From positions 81,654,001 through 81,718,000 of the forward strand of contig NC_043000.1 of the NCBI RefSeq assembly GCF_006345805.1: a DNA stretch of 64,000 bases, in the 5' to 3' direction. Source of the stretch: Octopus sinensis (taxonomy: Eukaryota). How positions within the stretch are numbered: position 1 is the first letter of the stretch; every line of letters starts with the position of its first letter. Positions 13,385 through 26,098 of the stretch are shown in pieces. A model generated the notes under the pieces. The model worked only from the letters and a program-made list of their open reading frames with translations, searched no databases and had not been told where the DNA came from. A program made the translations under genes and the position numbers.

Positions 13385-13665
13385 ACCCATATACCCCTGC
13401 CCTACATAAACCAATATGTTTTCCCCACCCATCTCAGCCCAACACAAACCTGTGTTATCCCTACCTGCTTCTGCCCTACACACACACATACACAAGTGTT
13501 TTCTCCACCCGCTCCTGCCCTACATTAACCAGTGTTATCCTCACCCACTTCTGCCCTCACAATCCAGTACATTATCATACACGCTTCTGCCCTACACAAT
13601 AAGTATGACACAATCCAGTACATTATCATACACACTTCTGCCCTACACAATAAGTATGACACAAC
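13385..13665. repeat. Minisatellite with a recent 51-bp tandem duplication
   Basis: The 51-mer CACAATCCAGTACATTATCATACAC(G/A)CTTCTGCCCTACACAATAAGTATGA starts at 13558 and 13609; older CTGCCCTAC-anchored units lie upstream. Confidence 0.85.
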
Positions 13666-15454
13666 CAACTACTTTTTCTCAAAATTATTTTACCTTACTT
13701 CCACTAAACCAATACCCTACCTTACATAACCTCAGTCACATCCCATTCACATCAGTCACACCCTGGTACATTAGTGATGTTGAGGAGTATCAAAACCACA
13801 CTCCCAGATAAGTGAAGCTAGTGTATCTGAGTTCCAACCTAAATGGAGGGAACTAGAGTTCTGGGATGTATACAACACCACAAAAATTACCTAAAAGTCA
13901 AATAATGGTGTTAGACGTACCACAGCCTCCTATATACAGCGGAACAACTGTTACATCTACATCCCATCCATAGGGTAGATTAAAATGACAAAAGAGAAAC
14001 AGCAGTAGAAGGAAGCACCAAAGAGGATGTTAACCAAAACGATGCACTAATTACAGTATGTAATTAAAATAATTGCCAGTAATAATTTGTTAAATTTCTC
14101 TACATTAAAACTAAATAGAAAATAGAGAGAAAAATTATAAAAGGGAAAGAGATAAATGTGAGAAACATAAGGAAGGAGTTCTAGGGGAAAAAAAGAATGT
14201 ATGGATGGACTAGATAGAGGGAGGAAAGAAAAGTACACACACAAACTCTTCTTTTGCATTCACTATATATATCGAGAGAGAGAGAGAGATTCAATATAGG
14301 GGAAGAGGGTAGCACGGTGCCTTGCCTACCTGATATAATCAATATAAAGAAGTACGTTGATGAACCAATGATATGTATTGAAATGATTAATTACTTAGGG
14401 GCTGGCCCGGCAGTTAAGGGTTTTTTAAGACTTTCGAAATGATGAGAGACTTTAATTTCAGAGTGGAGAAGGCCAGTGGCAAAACACTGATAGCTAAAAT
14501 ATAGAGATGATGCTCTTACACTTCTGCAAGTCAGACATCCTCATAATAATAACAGTATTTATTTTTATTTCCATCATCTCACATTGGCAAAGGACAAATT
14601 TGTGTAGTGAATTGAATCATCCCAATAGTATCACTGGTACTTATACTACAAATGCATCCACTCAGATGAAAGGAGTTAAAAGCCAACACTAGTATGATAT
14701 TTGACTGGCTTCTTTCCCAAACATATAACAACAACAATTACCAATCTAAATGCTGTGAGGCATTTCACTATTTAACTTGATGCTCTGACATTTAACATTT
14801 TTCTGTCAGCTGAGGAAAGAAGTGGAGGGAAAAGAGGAAGGATCACCTGAAACTATTATTCAAAGACCAACTGGAATGGTCAAGACTTTTGTACTGCTTA
14901 TTATTTGTTGATTTTAAGTCATTCTGAATTTAACTCGATTGAGGAAAGAAAGTAAATGTGCCATAATATGAAAAGAGAAAGAGAAGAGAAAGTAACTGTG
15001 TGTGTGTATGTGAGTGTATATATAAAGCAAGAAATTCCTGCTGAGAGTTCTATGAATGTGGTGGTTGTGGTGATGATGTTACAATGTACACTAGAACTTT
15101 CAGAAACAAAAGGGACGAAAAGATGAACAGACTTTCTCAATCTCATTTCCCCTACTTAAAAAAAAAAAACAACTTTTCTGCCTGTTTTGAAAGATTAATT
15201 TGTAAAGGAATTGTTTTTATAAAGTCATGAGAGTGATGAGGAAGATGATAGCAGTAATGGAAGTGAAGATGACACGGCAGAAAGCAGCAGCAGCAGAATC
15301 AAAAACTGTACAGTCAAGAAAAGGGAGAGAACGGGAGGTTTGGGTGGACAAAAACAAAGTCAGAGGAGAGGGGTGTAGATGTTGGGAGTGGGAGTGTGTA
15401 AGTGTGTATAGTGGAGAGTAGAGAATGAGAAAAGGGCCAGGCCTGTTATACTAA

Positions 15455-16085
15455 TAGTAGCAATAATTTCTCAAGGCCAGAAATCTAGGTGTGTGTATGG
15501 AGTGGGGGAGGGTCAGAAACAGTAATTTATGTTAACCCCAGCACATTAGTGGTATTTAAAAAATAATAATAATGATGATGATTTCTTACTTTAGCCCCGT
15601 GGCCACAAATTCACAAGTGATAGGAGGAAGGCTGCAGAGATGACTAAATCTGAATCCTTCCTCAATTCATGACTGGTACTTTAATTTTATTAGTCCCTAC
15701 CAGAGGGATAAAAGGCAAAGTCAACCCCAGCAAAATTTCAGAACTCGGAAAGTACAGGGCATGCAACCAAATACTGCAAAGCATTTTGTCCAGTGCTCTA
15801 CCGATTCTGCCATCAGCTGCTCCTAAAATAATAATAATAATGATAATGATGATTTCTAAGTTAGGCACAAAGCCTCACATTTTGAGTGTGGGGGGAAAGG
15901 AACAATCGATTAAATCGACCCCAGTATTTGGCTGGTACTTTATTTTATCAACCTCAACTCTGGGAGGATGAAAGGCAAAGTTGGCCCAAGTGGTATTTTG
16001 AACTCAGTGTGTACAGGGTCGCGACCAAATACCGCAAAGCATTTTGTCCGGCACTCTACTGATTCTGCCATCCACTGCCATTAAA
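15455..16085 (-). mobile_element. Head-to-tail array of ~3 family-C SINEs
   Basis: Repeated AAAGGCAAAGT(C/T)...GAACTC...AAGCATTTTGTCC...GATTCTGCCATC, separated by (AAT)n/(GAT)n. Confidence 0.8.
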
Positions 16086-17288
16086 ATAATACAGAATAAT
16101 TAATAATTAAAGTAGCAATTAGCTACAAATAAACAAATTCTGTAAGTGAGAAGGTTTAAAAAAAAAAAACAACAAAAAAAAAACAATCCTTCCCAAAATG
16201 ATGACACGCCAGGCATCAGCATATAACATCAATCTCTGCTGAGAAGATGTATAATGTCTCTTTTCCTTTGTTAGCTTGGTAATGCTCTCAGCAGTGAGCA
16301 GGGTTTCACGAAGCAACCCAGTTTATATCAAGTCCTGATGAATCAGCTTTAAGGTAGATATTGGTTGAGTCAGTCGGTATGGCAACACACCAACACAGTG
16401 CTTAGCTTACATTCCGATTTGGAGGTTTCAAACTGGGGTGTCAGCTGGAACCATATGAAAAGTCAGTCAGGTAGGACATTTCGTAGGAAAAAGTGAGAGG
16501 TGTATCCCAAAAAAGAAAAAAAAAAATTGAAGTGTTAGCCTGTGTGTTTTATTTTGTTTTTTTTTCTTTTTGTGGCTGGAACATGTGGGAGGGGGTGGGT
16601 AGTTCCAGCAATCCAAATGAATTGTCTCTGTGTCCAGGTGCAAAAAAAAGAGGGCATTGCAGAGTTGGTCATAATGACAATGACAGCGGCAGCAACAGCA
16701 TCAACGACGACAACAGCGCCCACCAGGTGTGAACAGAACCTCTTTTCCTTTTATTTTGTTTTTCATTTTTTTAAAAATTCTGATTATCAGGAAACAACTC
16801 CATGGTGAAATGATACTGTCCATGTAATAATCATAACAATAATAATAATAATAGTAGTAGTAATAATATTAATAATAATAATAATTCAGCTAAATCTGTG
16901 TGGAAATGAACTCTTCATTTGCTGATCTGTTCGCAATGAACACTGGTGGGTGCTTGTTGTGGAGGAGTGAAGTTCACTAACTCACTATACAATGAACGGA
17001 TGTTCACAAACCTGCTTGAATTCATTAGACACCAGTCTATTCTTATTGCTTTCCATGTCTCTTAGTCAATATAAATTAGGGGGCTAATAATAATGATAAT
17101 AATAATAATCATAATAATGTTTCCTCCTTTATAAAGATATATGAAAGACAAAGGGTCGAAGGTTACTTTATGTTTCCACATCTCACTTTTCTGATAACTG
17201 TCCTCCTCTTTGTAGCTTTACTTCTTTACATTTCACCTGGTTTTTTTCCTACATTTTGAACATTTTCTTACTGACACCACAACCATTT

Positions 17289-17336
17289 TCATCCAGTATT
17301 CATTCTAATTTTATATGCACATATTAATAATGTTAT
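17289..17336 (-). CDS. MPHOSPH8: MPP8-like gene, last coding exon: ITLLICAYKIRMNTG*
   Basis: Long polypyrimidine acceptor (tttttcttttcAG), phase 0, TGA at 17291-17289; resembles the vertebrate MPP8 C-terminus (recalled as KLLIGAYRVQLQ). Confidence 0.85.
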   Translation of the reverse strand: MTLLICAYKIRMNTG

Positions 17337-19140
17337 CTGAAAAGAAAAAGAAAAAAAGAGAATAGTTATGATACAGATATACTATACATATATGCATTTA
17401 ATTCATAATGCATAATGTAAAAAAGTCTGTGAAACTATGTAAAAGCACCCAGCACTCTGTAAAGTGGTTGGCATTAAGAAGGGCACCAGGCCATAGAAAC
17501 AATGCCAAATTAGACTGGAGTTTGGTGCAGCCCTCCAATCCATGCCAGCATGGACAATGGACCTTAAATGATGATGATGATTTATTCATTATTCAAGAAT
17601 GTACCAGTTTTGAATAATGACAGTAAGACTCAGAGTAGAGACAGAGTGAAGCCTCAGCTTCAAATAAATGAATCAATTCAAACTCTCTCTCACACACACA
17701 CACACACATACACGAGCAAGAGATAAAGACATATTTGATGTTAAATTATATCTAATACATGGAATACAGAAGATGATGTGATGATGATAAACTGAACTAA
17801 AACAACAATCTGCAAAACAATATCAAGACACACATATGTAGAATTGTAAATCTCTGATTTTGATGATTAGGATTTAGTTGATCGATCATCTGAATTAACC
17901 ACTCCTGAATTAATGGTTTCAAAATTTTGGTACAAAAGCATTCAATTCAGAGGAGAAGGTTAAGTCAATTACATCAACCTCAAGGCTCAACTGGTACTTA
18001 TTTTATCAACCTCCAAAAAGATGAAAGGCAAAGTTGACCTTGGTGGAATTTGAACTTGGAACATAAGGACGGTTAAGCATTTTGCTCAGCATGCTAATGA
18101 TTCTGCCAGCTTGCTGCCTTATTAACGATAACAGAGTATTCCATAGACAGCGAGTACACTTAACATAATTTTCAAGCAGAATAGGCATTATACAAGTGTA
18201 ATTCACCAGACAGACATCTATAGTTTCTATTTACCAAGTTTCATACAAAAAAGAAGTCAACCTGGGACTATAGAAAGTGGAATTTACCCAAGATGCCACA
18301 CAGTAGGACTGAACTCAGGACCCTCTGATTGGAAAGCAAACTTCTTAACCAATCAACCAAGCTACACCTATGCAGATGCACACACATACATCAGGTACTG
18401 GTGGATCTCTGTTGCTAGACAATAAGGATAAGTTTTGTGATCAAGTGACTGAGTATTCCATAAACATGTGTAACTTTAACATAATTCTGAAGAAAGATTG
18501 TGATACAGTATATGATAGTACAGTATTTTTAAAATTACAGAAATAATTAAAACAGGCTTCTGTAAGGCTATGCAAAGGGATTGAAACTAAGATCTCGGGG
18601 TTGCAAAGCCTACTTCATAATCATTAAACCACACTCTGCATCCACACACATACATAATGGGTTTCAGTAAAGTGTCTACTAATTTCACCCACAAGGTATT
18701 GGTCAGCTTGAGACTAGAGAAGATAATTCATTTTGGCTTTAGCTCACGATACTAACGAAAGAACATTCCATTTTACATTTCTCAGTTGGTATAGCTGTTG
18801 TTTGGCCCTAGCCTATCTCTGAGTAGACCTATGATAAAAATCATTCAATCTAATAATCATTTTATCCTTTTGTTCAAACATCACATATCTAATACCACAA
18901 AATCGAATATAGTTTTAAATATCTTCCTTTTGAAGACACTAGGGTGTAATTTCAGAAATATTTGGCAACTATTTCTTGCGAATAGAGCAGCCAAGCAGAG
19001 ACTGCTTTGTTGACTCAAATTCAATAGCAATTGCCATCAAGTTTGGTGAGATTAAGCTCAAGCAAACTAATATGTTCTATGTCATCTGTATGTTGGTGAT
19101 GGGGGAATGGGGTAGGAAGTGAGAATAAAAAGTAACTTAC

Positions 19141-19221
19141 TCTGACATCAGGGTATGTTTCAATAAGCAATGTGTTGTCTCCATGCCTGAGATTCCTGAA
19201 TGACATCACAAACTTTGATGG
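19141..19221 (-). CDS. MPHOSPH8: MPP8-like exon: PSKFVMSFRNLRHGDNTLLIETYPDVR
   Basis: ttttttttcttAG acceptor, GTAAGT donor, 81 nt, phase 0-0; resembles the MPP8 segment recalled as FVYSFSPVAGPNKLFI. Confidence 0.85.
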
Positions 19222-19369
19222 CTAAGAAAAAAAAGAACACAACCAACATTAAACATTAGGCAGACAAAAGATCAAAACAGATTGAACACTTACACACACA
19301 TTATGAACGTGTGTGTATTTATGTATAAATATTCTTTTTACATGTTTGTTTCCTTGTACACAATATTAA

Positions 19370-20447
19370 CCCTTTCGTTACCAAACCGCCCGAAAAAAAT
19401 TTTGGTTAATGTGACCAAGCCGCCCAAAACCGCCCGAATTTGCCTATTCATATTTAAATGAGAATATTAGAGCAAATCTCTTTAGAACATTCGTGAAAAT
19501 ACGTATTATACTTCATAAAGAGTTCAACTACAGTTCTGTACAAAAATCGAAGTGTAATTTTAATTCCGTGAATTTTGGGAGATTTTTTTCCGAAATTTGT
19601 TCCTATTGTGTTTTCAAAATTTGTAATTCTGACAAAAAATGGATACAAATTTCATTATATCAAGCAGCGAGTCAGAATTCGAAGGATTTTCTACTGAAGA
19701 CCTTCATAAATCTAACTCTATGACTGAAAAAAAAAAAAGCATGTGGTATTTGATAATGAATCTGATGTTTCATTTTCCGAAAGTGAAAACAGTGAATCCG
19801 AGAGCTCTGACAGCGATAAAGAAAATGAATTGGCACCTGAATGGAGTGAAAATTTAAAAACTGTTTCTTTCTGTGATTTTTCTGAAGAAACTGGACCAAG
19901 CCACAGACTTTCCCAGAAGAGTAAAGCCTTAGACTATTTCTTTTTACTTTTTCTGATGAGTCTATTTGAACTCATTACGGCGGAAACGAACCATTACGCT
20001 AAACATAAACAAAGCGAAAGAAAGGATACTTTGTGGTTTCCCACAACCTTAAATAAAATTAAGACTATTTTGCCATAAATATTATTATAGGTATCAGAAA
20101 GTTACCCAGAATAACAAATTCTATCGTAAAATTTTCTTGTATACCCAATTGAATATTAGCTAATAACCTATTTTCTATAGCGATGTTTGAACAAAATTTT
20201 AATAATTTTATATTTTGTTGAATTTACCTGCATCTACCTGCAATTAGAGCCACTTTGTGACAAAAATTATAGTATAGAATTGGTTGAGAAAATTTCATTA
20301 AATTATCTTCCAAAATTCCCGTTAATATATTGATAAATAAAAAAGTTATAGTTGTTTAATGAAACCAGACTAAATTTATGATTACGTTAGAAATTAATTG
20401 AAACACATAAGGGGTGTATTTTGGTCAGAAATATAGTAACAAAAGGG
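19370..20447 (+). mobile_element. Internally deleted piggyBac transposon (1078 bp) in an intron of the MPP8-like gene
   Basis: TTAA at 19366-19369 and 20448-20451; TIRs CCCTTTCGTTAC / GTAACAAAAGGG (1 mismatch); frameshifted transposase N-terminus at 19639-~20120 (acidic stretch, W..F.EETGP, LDYFFLLF, ETNHYA, WFPTT, GIRKLPRI); DDD core absent. Confidence 0.92.
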
Positions 20448-20740
20448 TTAAAACAGCTAAAAGTCTTCTGAAGCAGCACCCCAACTGATTTTATTTATGA
20501 GCCATCACTGATTCCAGTAATTAACATTCAGTCTTATATTCAGAGAGTGTACCTAGGATCTTATCCAATGTGTCCTTCCTTTTATAAACAGGCATGGTGT
20601 AATTTAAAGCTGATATTATTACTCTTTCTGAGGGGATTAACCAACACATAGGAGCTCCCTCACTGTGTTGGTAATTAAGTTTTAGTGGAAGAAAACAGAA
20701 CACCCCCACCCACTTCAAAAACAAGCTAAATGTTACTTAC

Positions 20741-20871
20741 CAAGGATACTTGTTTCTCTAAAATACCATTCAACCACACCTGAGATACCACAGATTCTCC
20801 TTTTAGCCTGCAACCAATTTGCAGTGCTGCTATATCGTTGACGTGGACCAGAAACAGAAGGTAACCTTCAT
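20741..20871 (-). CDS. MPHOSPH8: MPP8-like exon: (Y)EGYLLFLVHVNDIAALQIGCRLKGESVVSQVWLNGILEKQVSL
   Basis: ttttactttgtAG acceptor, GTAAGT donor, 131 nt, phase 1-0; resembles the MPP8 C-terminal domain (recalled as GILLFIFHAN...ARLCGPCSVQAVVLN). Confidence 0.9.
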
Positions 20872-21724
20872 CTACAAAGTAAAATAGAGAAAATCCGAAA
20901 TGTAAACAATATTAATAAACACATTTCCAAAACAGTGAGCTAAATCGATAAGACATTATTTTATTTTCAAAATTAAACATTTTGTTTTTTAATACCTTTT
21001 TCTTTGGCATCCCTATGTCTGGTGAGACCATGAACTGACATTAATCAGTGACAGTTAAAGTGCAGTGCGGTAACATTAGAGTGTTGTATCCAAAAAGCAG
21101 TCATCAATACAAATCTCCTAGTACAGCTTGGCACCTGTTTATCACAAAACTAGCTCCTTCCTAAGCCATTTAGACCAATAGGGCTAGATTGTTGATTTCT
21201 GTGGCATATGTATTCCCCACTGGATGGGACACCAGTCTGTCACAGGAATACTTGTTTTTGCCAGTTGAGTGGACTGGAGAAACATGAAATGAAGTGATTT
21301 GCTGAAGAACACAACACATAGCTTGGTCCAGGAATTGAAACCACATTCCAAACCCTAACCACTAAGCCACAAGACTTACCAGACGAAATTTGTATCAATT
21401 CTGAAGGACTGATGAAAACAATGACCTTGATGGGATTTTAATCTAAAATGTACAAAGCAGAAACAAATACTTCAAGGTATTTTTTGTCCAATGGTCTAAA
21501 GCTACTGCTATTAACCACCCCTTTACTTAATATTAACACCTACACTAACAATGAAGTAAATAAATAACTCTATGTAGTTACCTCAGATATTTAATGAATA
21601 GATCTGAACTATACCTACTTGATTGATTGTCTACTGACATTTCATAAATGTTTATGACACTCAATCAGAGCTGACCTCAAACTATACAACAAACAACAAA
21701 TATACAAACAGTTGAACAACTTAC

Positions 21725-21876
21725 AGTAAGTACATTCCTTTACAATGTGACGAAAGGAAATTTGGATTTTTCGGCTTTTAGCAAGAGACATACACTGTAG
21801 AGGAAAAACCTCTTCCAATAGTGTGTTCTGTTCACCAAGCCAGTTCTTAATGCACTGATTCATTTGGCTAGAAATC
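21725..21876 (-). CDS. MPHOSPH8: MPP8-like exon: (K)ISSQMNQCIKNWLGEQNTLLEEVFPLQCMSLAKSRKIQISFRHIVKECTY
   Basis: T-rich ccAG acceptor, GTAAGT donor, 152 nt, phase 2-1; LLEEVFPLQC resembles the MPP8 motif recalled as LLEPVFPIAC. Confidence 0.9.
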
Positions 21877-22598
21877 CTGGAAAAAAAAAAATAAAATAAC
21901 ATAATTATATCATATCAAGAGGGTGCTGGACTTAAATGTGTTAAATTTTGTTGGCTTAAAAGTGAAGTTAATAAAGAGGTAGGAGTACTGCTAAAGACTT
22001 AAAATAACATTGCTTGATATCTATGTAGCTAGAAAAGTTCTTTCTCACTATTTAATCTGCAGTTTGGTACTGGTGCTCCAGCACGGGCTGCGTCTCGATA
22101 GTTCACAGCAATTAAATAGAAAAGATAAGTAACAAGTTGGAGGAGTTATCAAATCTCTTGTAAAATAAACAAATAAACTAAAAAAAAAACTGCTGTAAGA
22201 ATTACCTCCCTTGAGCAATTACTAGGTTACGAAGCTTAGAACATTATGAACAAGGCAAGTTCTATCTGGGGCTGGATCGTCTGCACAAGATCAGTTTAAA
22301 GTAAACTGACAACCTGTAGTATGCAGAATACTACATGCTAGCTACAGTTAGAACCAGTGTTAGGATACAATGGAACTAACACACAGCTTGGTTTAACACC
22401 ACCATCTGATACTTAGTAAATTTCACACTTGCAAACATAGACTAGTTAAAGTCTCTGCTAACATTTTGGACAAAATAGATTGGTATCAAAAGAACTAATA
22501 AAAAGGAATTCCAAACTGATAGAGAAAAATATATAAATCTTGGCTTGGGAAATAAGTGTTGAGGATATATAAATTTAAAGTATCAAAAGACAACTTAC

Positions 22599-22843
22599 TT
22601 GTCACTGTAGCTGGAAAGAAGGCTCTCTATATCACTGAGGTTTGGATTTTTACTGGCTAAATCCAACGAATTCAAGTTGTCCTTGTTTTGAAAACCAATA
22701 TTAGCACCATGGTCCAGTAGTAATTTCACTATGTGAATATTGCCACTCAAGACAGACTTTATTAACGCCGTTTCTTTGTTTGTCGTATATTTTTCTAGGT
22801 TAGCGCCCAACTTTACGAGGACTTCTACAGCTTCTACTTCACC
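22599..22843 (-). CDS. MPHOSPH8: MPP8-like exon with ankyrin repeats: GEVEAVEVLVKLGANLEKYTTNKETALIKSVLSGNIHIVKLLLDHGANIGFQNKDNLNSLDLASKNPNLSDIESLLSSYSD
   Basis: ttgattacAG acceptor, GTAAGT donor, 245 nt, phase 0-2; clear ankyrin consensus (TAL..., LLL..GA). Confidence 0.95.
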
Positions 22844-22984
22844 CTGTAATCAAGACAAAGTAAGAATAATTATTTTAAAACAATACAGTTTTAAACACAG
22901 TTAAATAATACTATATTTTATTGGCTACAAGGGCCCATCAGTACAAAAAGAGTAAAAAAACATCAGACACGTTAATCAGTATAT

Positions 22985-23385
22985 TACTCTTTACTCTTTT
23001 ACTTGTTTCAGTCATGTGACTGTGGCCATGCTGGAGCACCGCCTTTAGTCAATCAAATCGACCCCAGGACTTATTCTTTGTAAGCCTAGTACTTATTTTA
23101 TCGGTCTCTTTTTTGCCGAACCGCTAAGTTACGGGGACGTAAACACACCACCATCAGTTGTCAAGCGATGTTGGGGGGACAAACACAGACACGCACATAC
23201 ATATACATACACACATATATACGATGGGCTTCTTTCAGTTTCCGTCTACCAAATCCACTCACAAGGCTTTGGTCGGCCCGAGGCTATAGTAGAAGACACT
23301 TACCCAAGGTGCCACGCAGTGGGACTGAACCCAGAACCATATGGTTCGTAAGCAAACTACTTACCACACAGACACTCCTACGCCT
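22985..23385 (-). mobile_element. Full-length young tRNA-derived SINE (family A)
   Basis: Minus strand has A box (GTGTGGTAAG), B box (GGTTCAGTCCC), central (TG/TA)n and a 3' end GCTCCAGCATGGCCACAGTCACATGACTGAAACAAGTAAAAGAGTA; CpGs retained. Confidence 0.9.
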
Positions 23386-24678
23386 GTATTTCATTTACTT
23401 TTATATCAAGTAGGCTACAATTTAAATTCCTGTTCAGGTTGTCAGATTGATAAAATAAATAGCTGTTGATTACTGTGACAATATTACTGACACCTTGAAG
23501 ATGGTGCCCCAGAATGGCTACAACCCATTGACTAGAATCAATAAAAATAGTTAAAAAGAAGGAAAAAAAAAACTGTAACAACAACCGAACAATATTGCAA
23601 GATGTTGAATGCAGCAATCACTAAGTATTTTTGCACATGCTTTCTCACTTCCGCAGTGTCCTATCTATATTTAGTCAGATAAAGTGTACCTCCACATGAA
23701 AACTGAACTAGTAAGAGCTACACTGTCTTTGTCCTGTGTACAGTGCAGAATAAATAGTGAAATTCACATCAACAAGCAAACTACAAATACTCATTTAAAA
23801 AATATATTTTAAACTATTTTTATTAGTTCTAATAAACTTCATAGTGTCAATAATATTTACCAAGTAATTAACAGCTATTTATTTTATTAATCTGTTGACC
23901 TGGACAGGAATTTAAACTCAGGGCATAAAGTGATAGAAACATTGCAAGACATCTGATGTTATATTTTATCAATTTTGCTATTGCCCACCTATTAAAATAA
24001 TATTAAAACTTTGTCTGTCCGTCCGTCTGGGGCCCCTGTATCTCAGTCTACATTTGCTCTACATAGACATATTATACCTTTTTGGAATTGGGATGATCCC
24101 AGGATTGAAAATCTGCCCTTCATTTGGTTCTCAAACATCCAGCATTGGGATCAGGTCTGGATAAGGATTTGTTATATACTAACAGTTGAAAGTTCAAATT
24201 TTAAAAGAACTCCAAAAATTTGTGAACTTACAAGTTTTTTTATTAAAACTGAATGTAATACCATAACTTTGCGAATTCAAAGTGACAGTGATTGCAGACC
24301 ATCTCAGACTGACTGATAAAGACAGTTCAGAGAGAAGAAAATAAATGATGGCTTGCGTTTATTTGAACTGGACCTTACAGCATATTGGCTAAATCATTGC
24401 AAACAAGCTGAACCAAAAATGTCACCAGGTTCTTGAGAATCTTTACCAAAGTTCACTCTGTTGAAAACATTTGGTCCAGGTATTCTGGCCCATGTCTGTC
24501 TTGCAGACACTCAAACTGGACAGAACCAAATTGATTTGATTAATCTCAAATGTGATAGGTTCCAGACTTCTTTATATGACTTATTTAATAAAAGAGAAAA
24601 AACTTGAGAAGGCTAACATTCAGTTATTTCTTTATTGAAGTTGCCCACCATGTTTTCCCTCCAGGCATTCAGACTTAA

Positions 24679-24904
24679 CCCCTAAAGCATTTTAAACTAG
24701 TTCTACCTGGCCCAAATAGTCTCACTGTTTTATGCTCAAACTGGCTAGATTCAGTTCTTCACACCTATCTTATGGTGTCATTCCAAAAATAAACAAATAC
24801 ATCTTCAAAATCTTTATGCTACAAGTTAATGCATGGTTAATTCAAAACAATGTGAATAAAAAAAAAAGCATTATATTTAACAAAATAATCTGAATGCTGA
24901 AGAG
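24679..24904. mobile_element. piggyBac-type MITE, copy 2
   Basis: TTAA at 24675-24678, CCCCTAAAGCATT...CTGAATGCTGAAGAG, TTAA at 24905-24908; internally homologous to 41261-41461. Confidence 0.75.
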
Positions 24905-25052
24905 TTAATAACCACATTAATCTCAGCAGTCTAGGTAGCCTGTAAACATCACAGGCAGTGCCCCACTTCCTCCTACTCCTTATGAAAGGGATTTTAAGGC
25001 ATACAACACAGAAACAAAGAGAGTTATAATATATTTGGAAATGAAATCTTAC

Positions 25053-25150
25053 TCTGGTACAAGCTAAGGTCAATGCAGTTTCACCAGTACTGAGTTCTTT
25101 GTCCAACTGAGCTCCAGCAAGTGCCAACAGTAGTGTAATATCACTGAAAC
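25053..25150 (-). CDS. MPHOSPH8: MPP8-like ankyrin exon: (G)FSDITLLLALAGAQLDKELSTGETALTLACTR
   Basis: tttatcattgacAG acceptor, GTAAGA donor, 98 nt, phase 1-0; GETAL ankyrin motif. Confidence 0.93.
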
Positions 25151-25963
25151 CTGTCAATGATAAAAAAAAACATAAAATGTAGAAGATTATACAATCTTAA
25201 CCATGGGCAATAGACACAAATGAAGTCTTCAATGGTTTGGCCACACCACACAAAAGTTAACTGTAGCAAGAGCTTTAATCACTCAAACTACCAAACACTT
25301 CAAATTATATCTTCAGTTACAACATCAAACCCTCTATCACATGTCATCAGTTATGCACAAATTAAGGGTAGCAACATTTTTAGCCTTCTTAAATGATCAT
25401 TTCTGTTTGTTAGGAAAAATCTTCAAATTACATAAACAGAGCTCCATAATAAACTACATAGGAATTTTTAATTTGCTGCCAATTGTTCTCAGCCTTTCAA
25501 AAAGCCGTTTGCAGTCATATGGACTGAGCCATTGGAGAGTTTCATGTTTCATGGCCATTGGATGCATCACAGTGGTGGATGCAATATATGAACTGACAAC
25601 TATTCTGTTACTCTATTCACTCAACTACCTAAAATATCAAAGTTTAAATATCCATCTGCACAACAACATACTGATGCGACACAGGTAGAGCAGTACAGTA
25701 TTTCTTTCCAGAGAAATACCAAATTCATTACGACTACTACTAATAAAGTCACAGATTTGCAATGGAGGTGGGTAAGAGCCAATGGGATCTTAAAAGAAAA
25801 AAGTTAACCTTTAATCCAATAGAACATTAAACTTTTAAATACTAATGATACTGCTATGGTTTAAAGCAATCAACTATTGTCCTGTCTCCCATATAGCACA
25901 AATTTATATCTCATGCTATGACAGAAAACCTCTACCTAGATGTAAGGTCTCAAAACAACTTAC

Positions 25964-26098
25964 CTCTCAAGATGGACTGCATTATTAATGTGTAGCCACC
26001 ACTGTTTGGAGATTCTAGATCATATCTCCAACGGTCTCCTCTCAAAGCAGATTTTAATTTACCATAATCACCTGCTAGTACAGCTTGAGTAAATTCAT
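25964..26098 (-). CDS. MPHOSPH8: MPP8-like exon: (D)EFTQAVLAGDYGKLKSALRGDRWRYDLESPNSGGYTLIMQSILR
   Basis: caatttcAG acceptor, GTAAGT donor, 135 nt, phase 1-1; resembles the first MPP8 ankyrin region (recalled as AVKNGDY...YNLDQEDSSGMTLVM). Confidence 0.92.

Noticed and set aside
16336-16345. Other CTGATGA heptamers (also ~21414, ~27576, ~39333)
   Set aside because: No helix II plus GAAA or helix I pairing, so they are not hammerheads.
16275-16730. Plus-strand exon-like segments (~16275-16353 and ~16639-16726)
   Set aside because: The first has stops in all frames; the second is a low-complexity trinucleotide-like stretch with no partner exons.
19021-19140. Read-through ORF past the 19141 donor (VSYFLFSLP...GNCY*)
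   Set aside because: A strong GTAAGT donor and a much better terminal exon at 17289-17336 (LLICAY) explain the gene end.
24005-24130. TGTCTGTCCGTCCGTCT motif suggesting a Helentron/DINE-like element (also an end-like motif at ~62205-62280)
   Set aside because: No paired subterminal inverted repeats or second copy were found in the window.
25400-25600. Short minus-strand ORF MHPMAMKHETLQWLSPYDCKRLFER...
   Set aside because: It is phase-incompatible with the flanking exons, which already join into a continuous ankyrin repeat.
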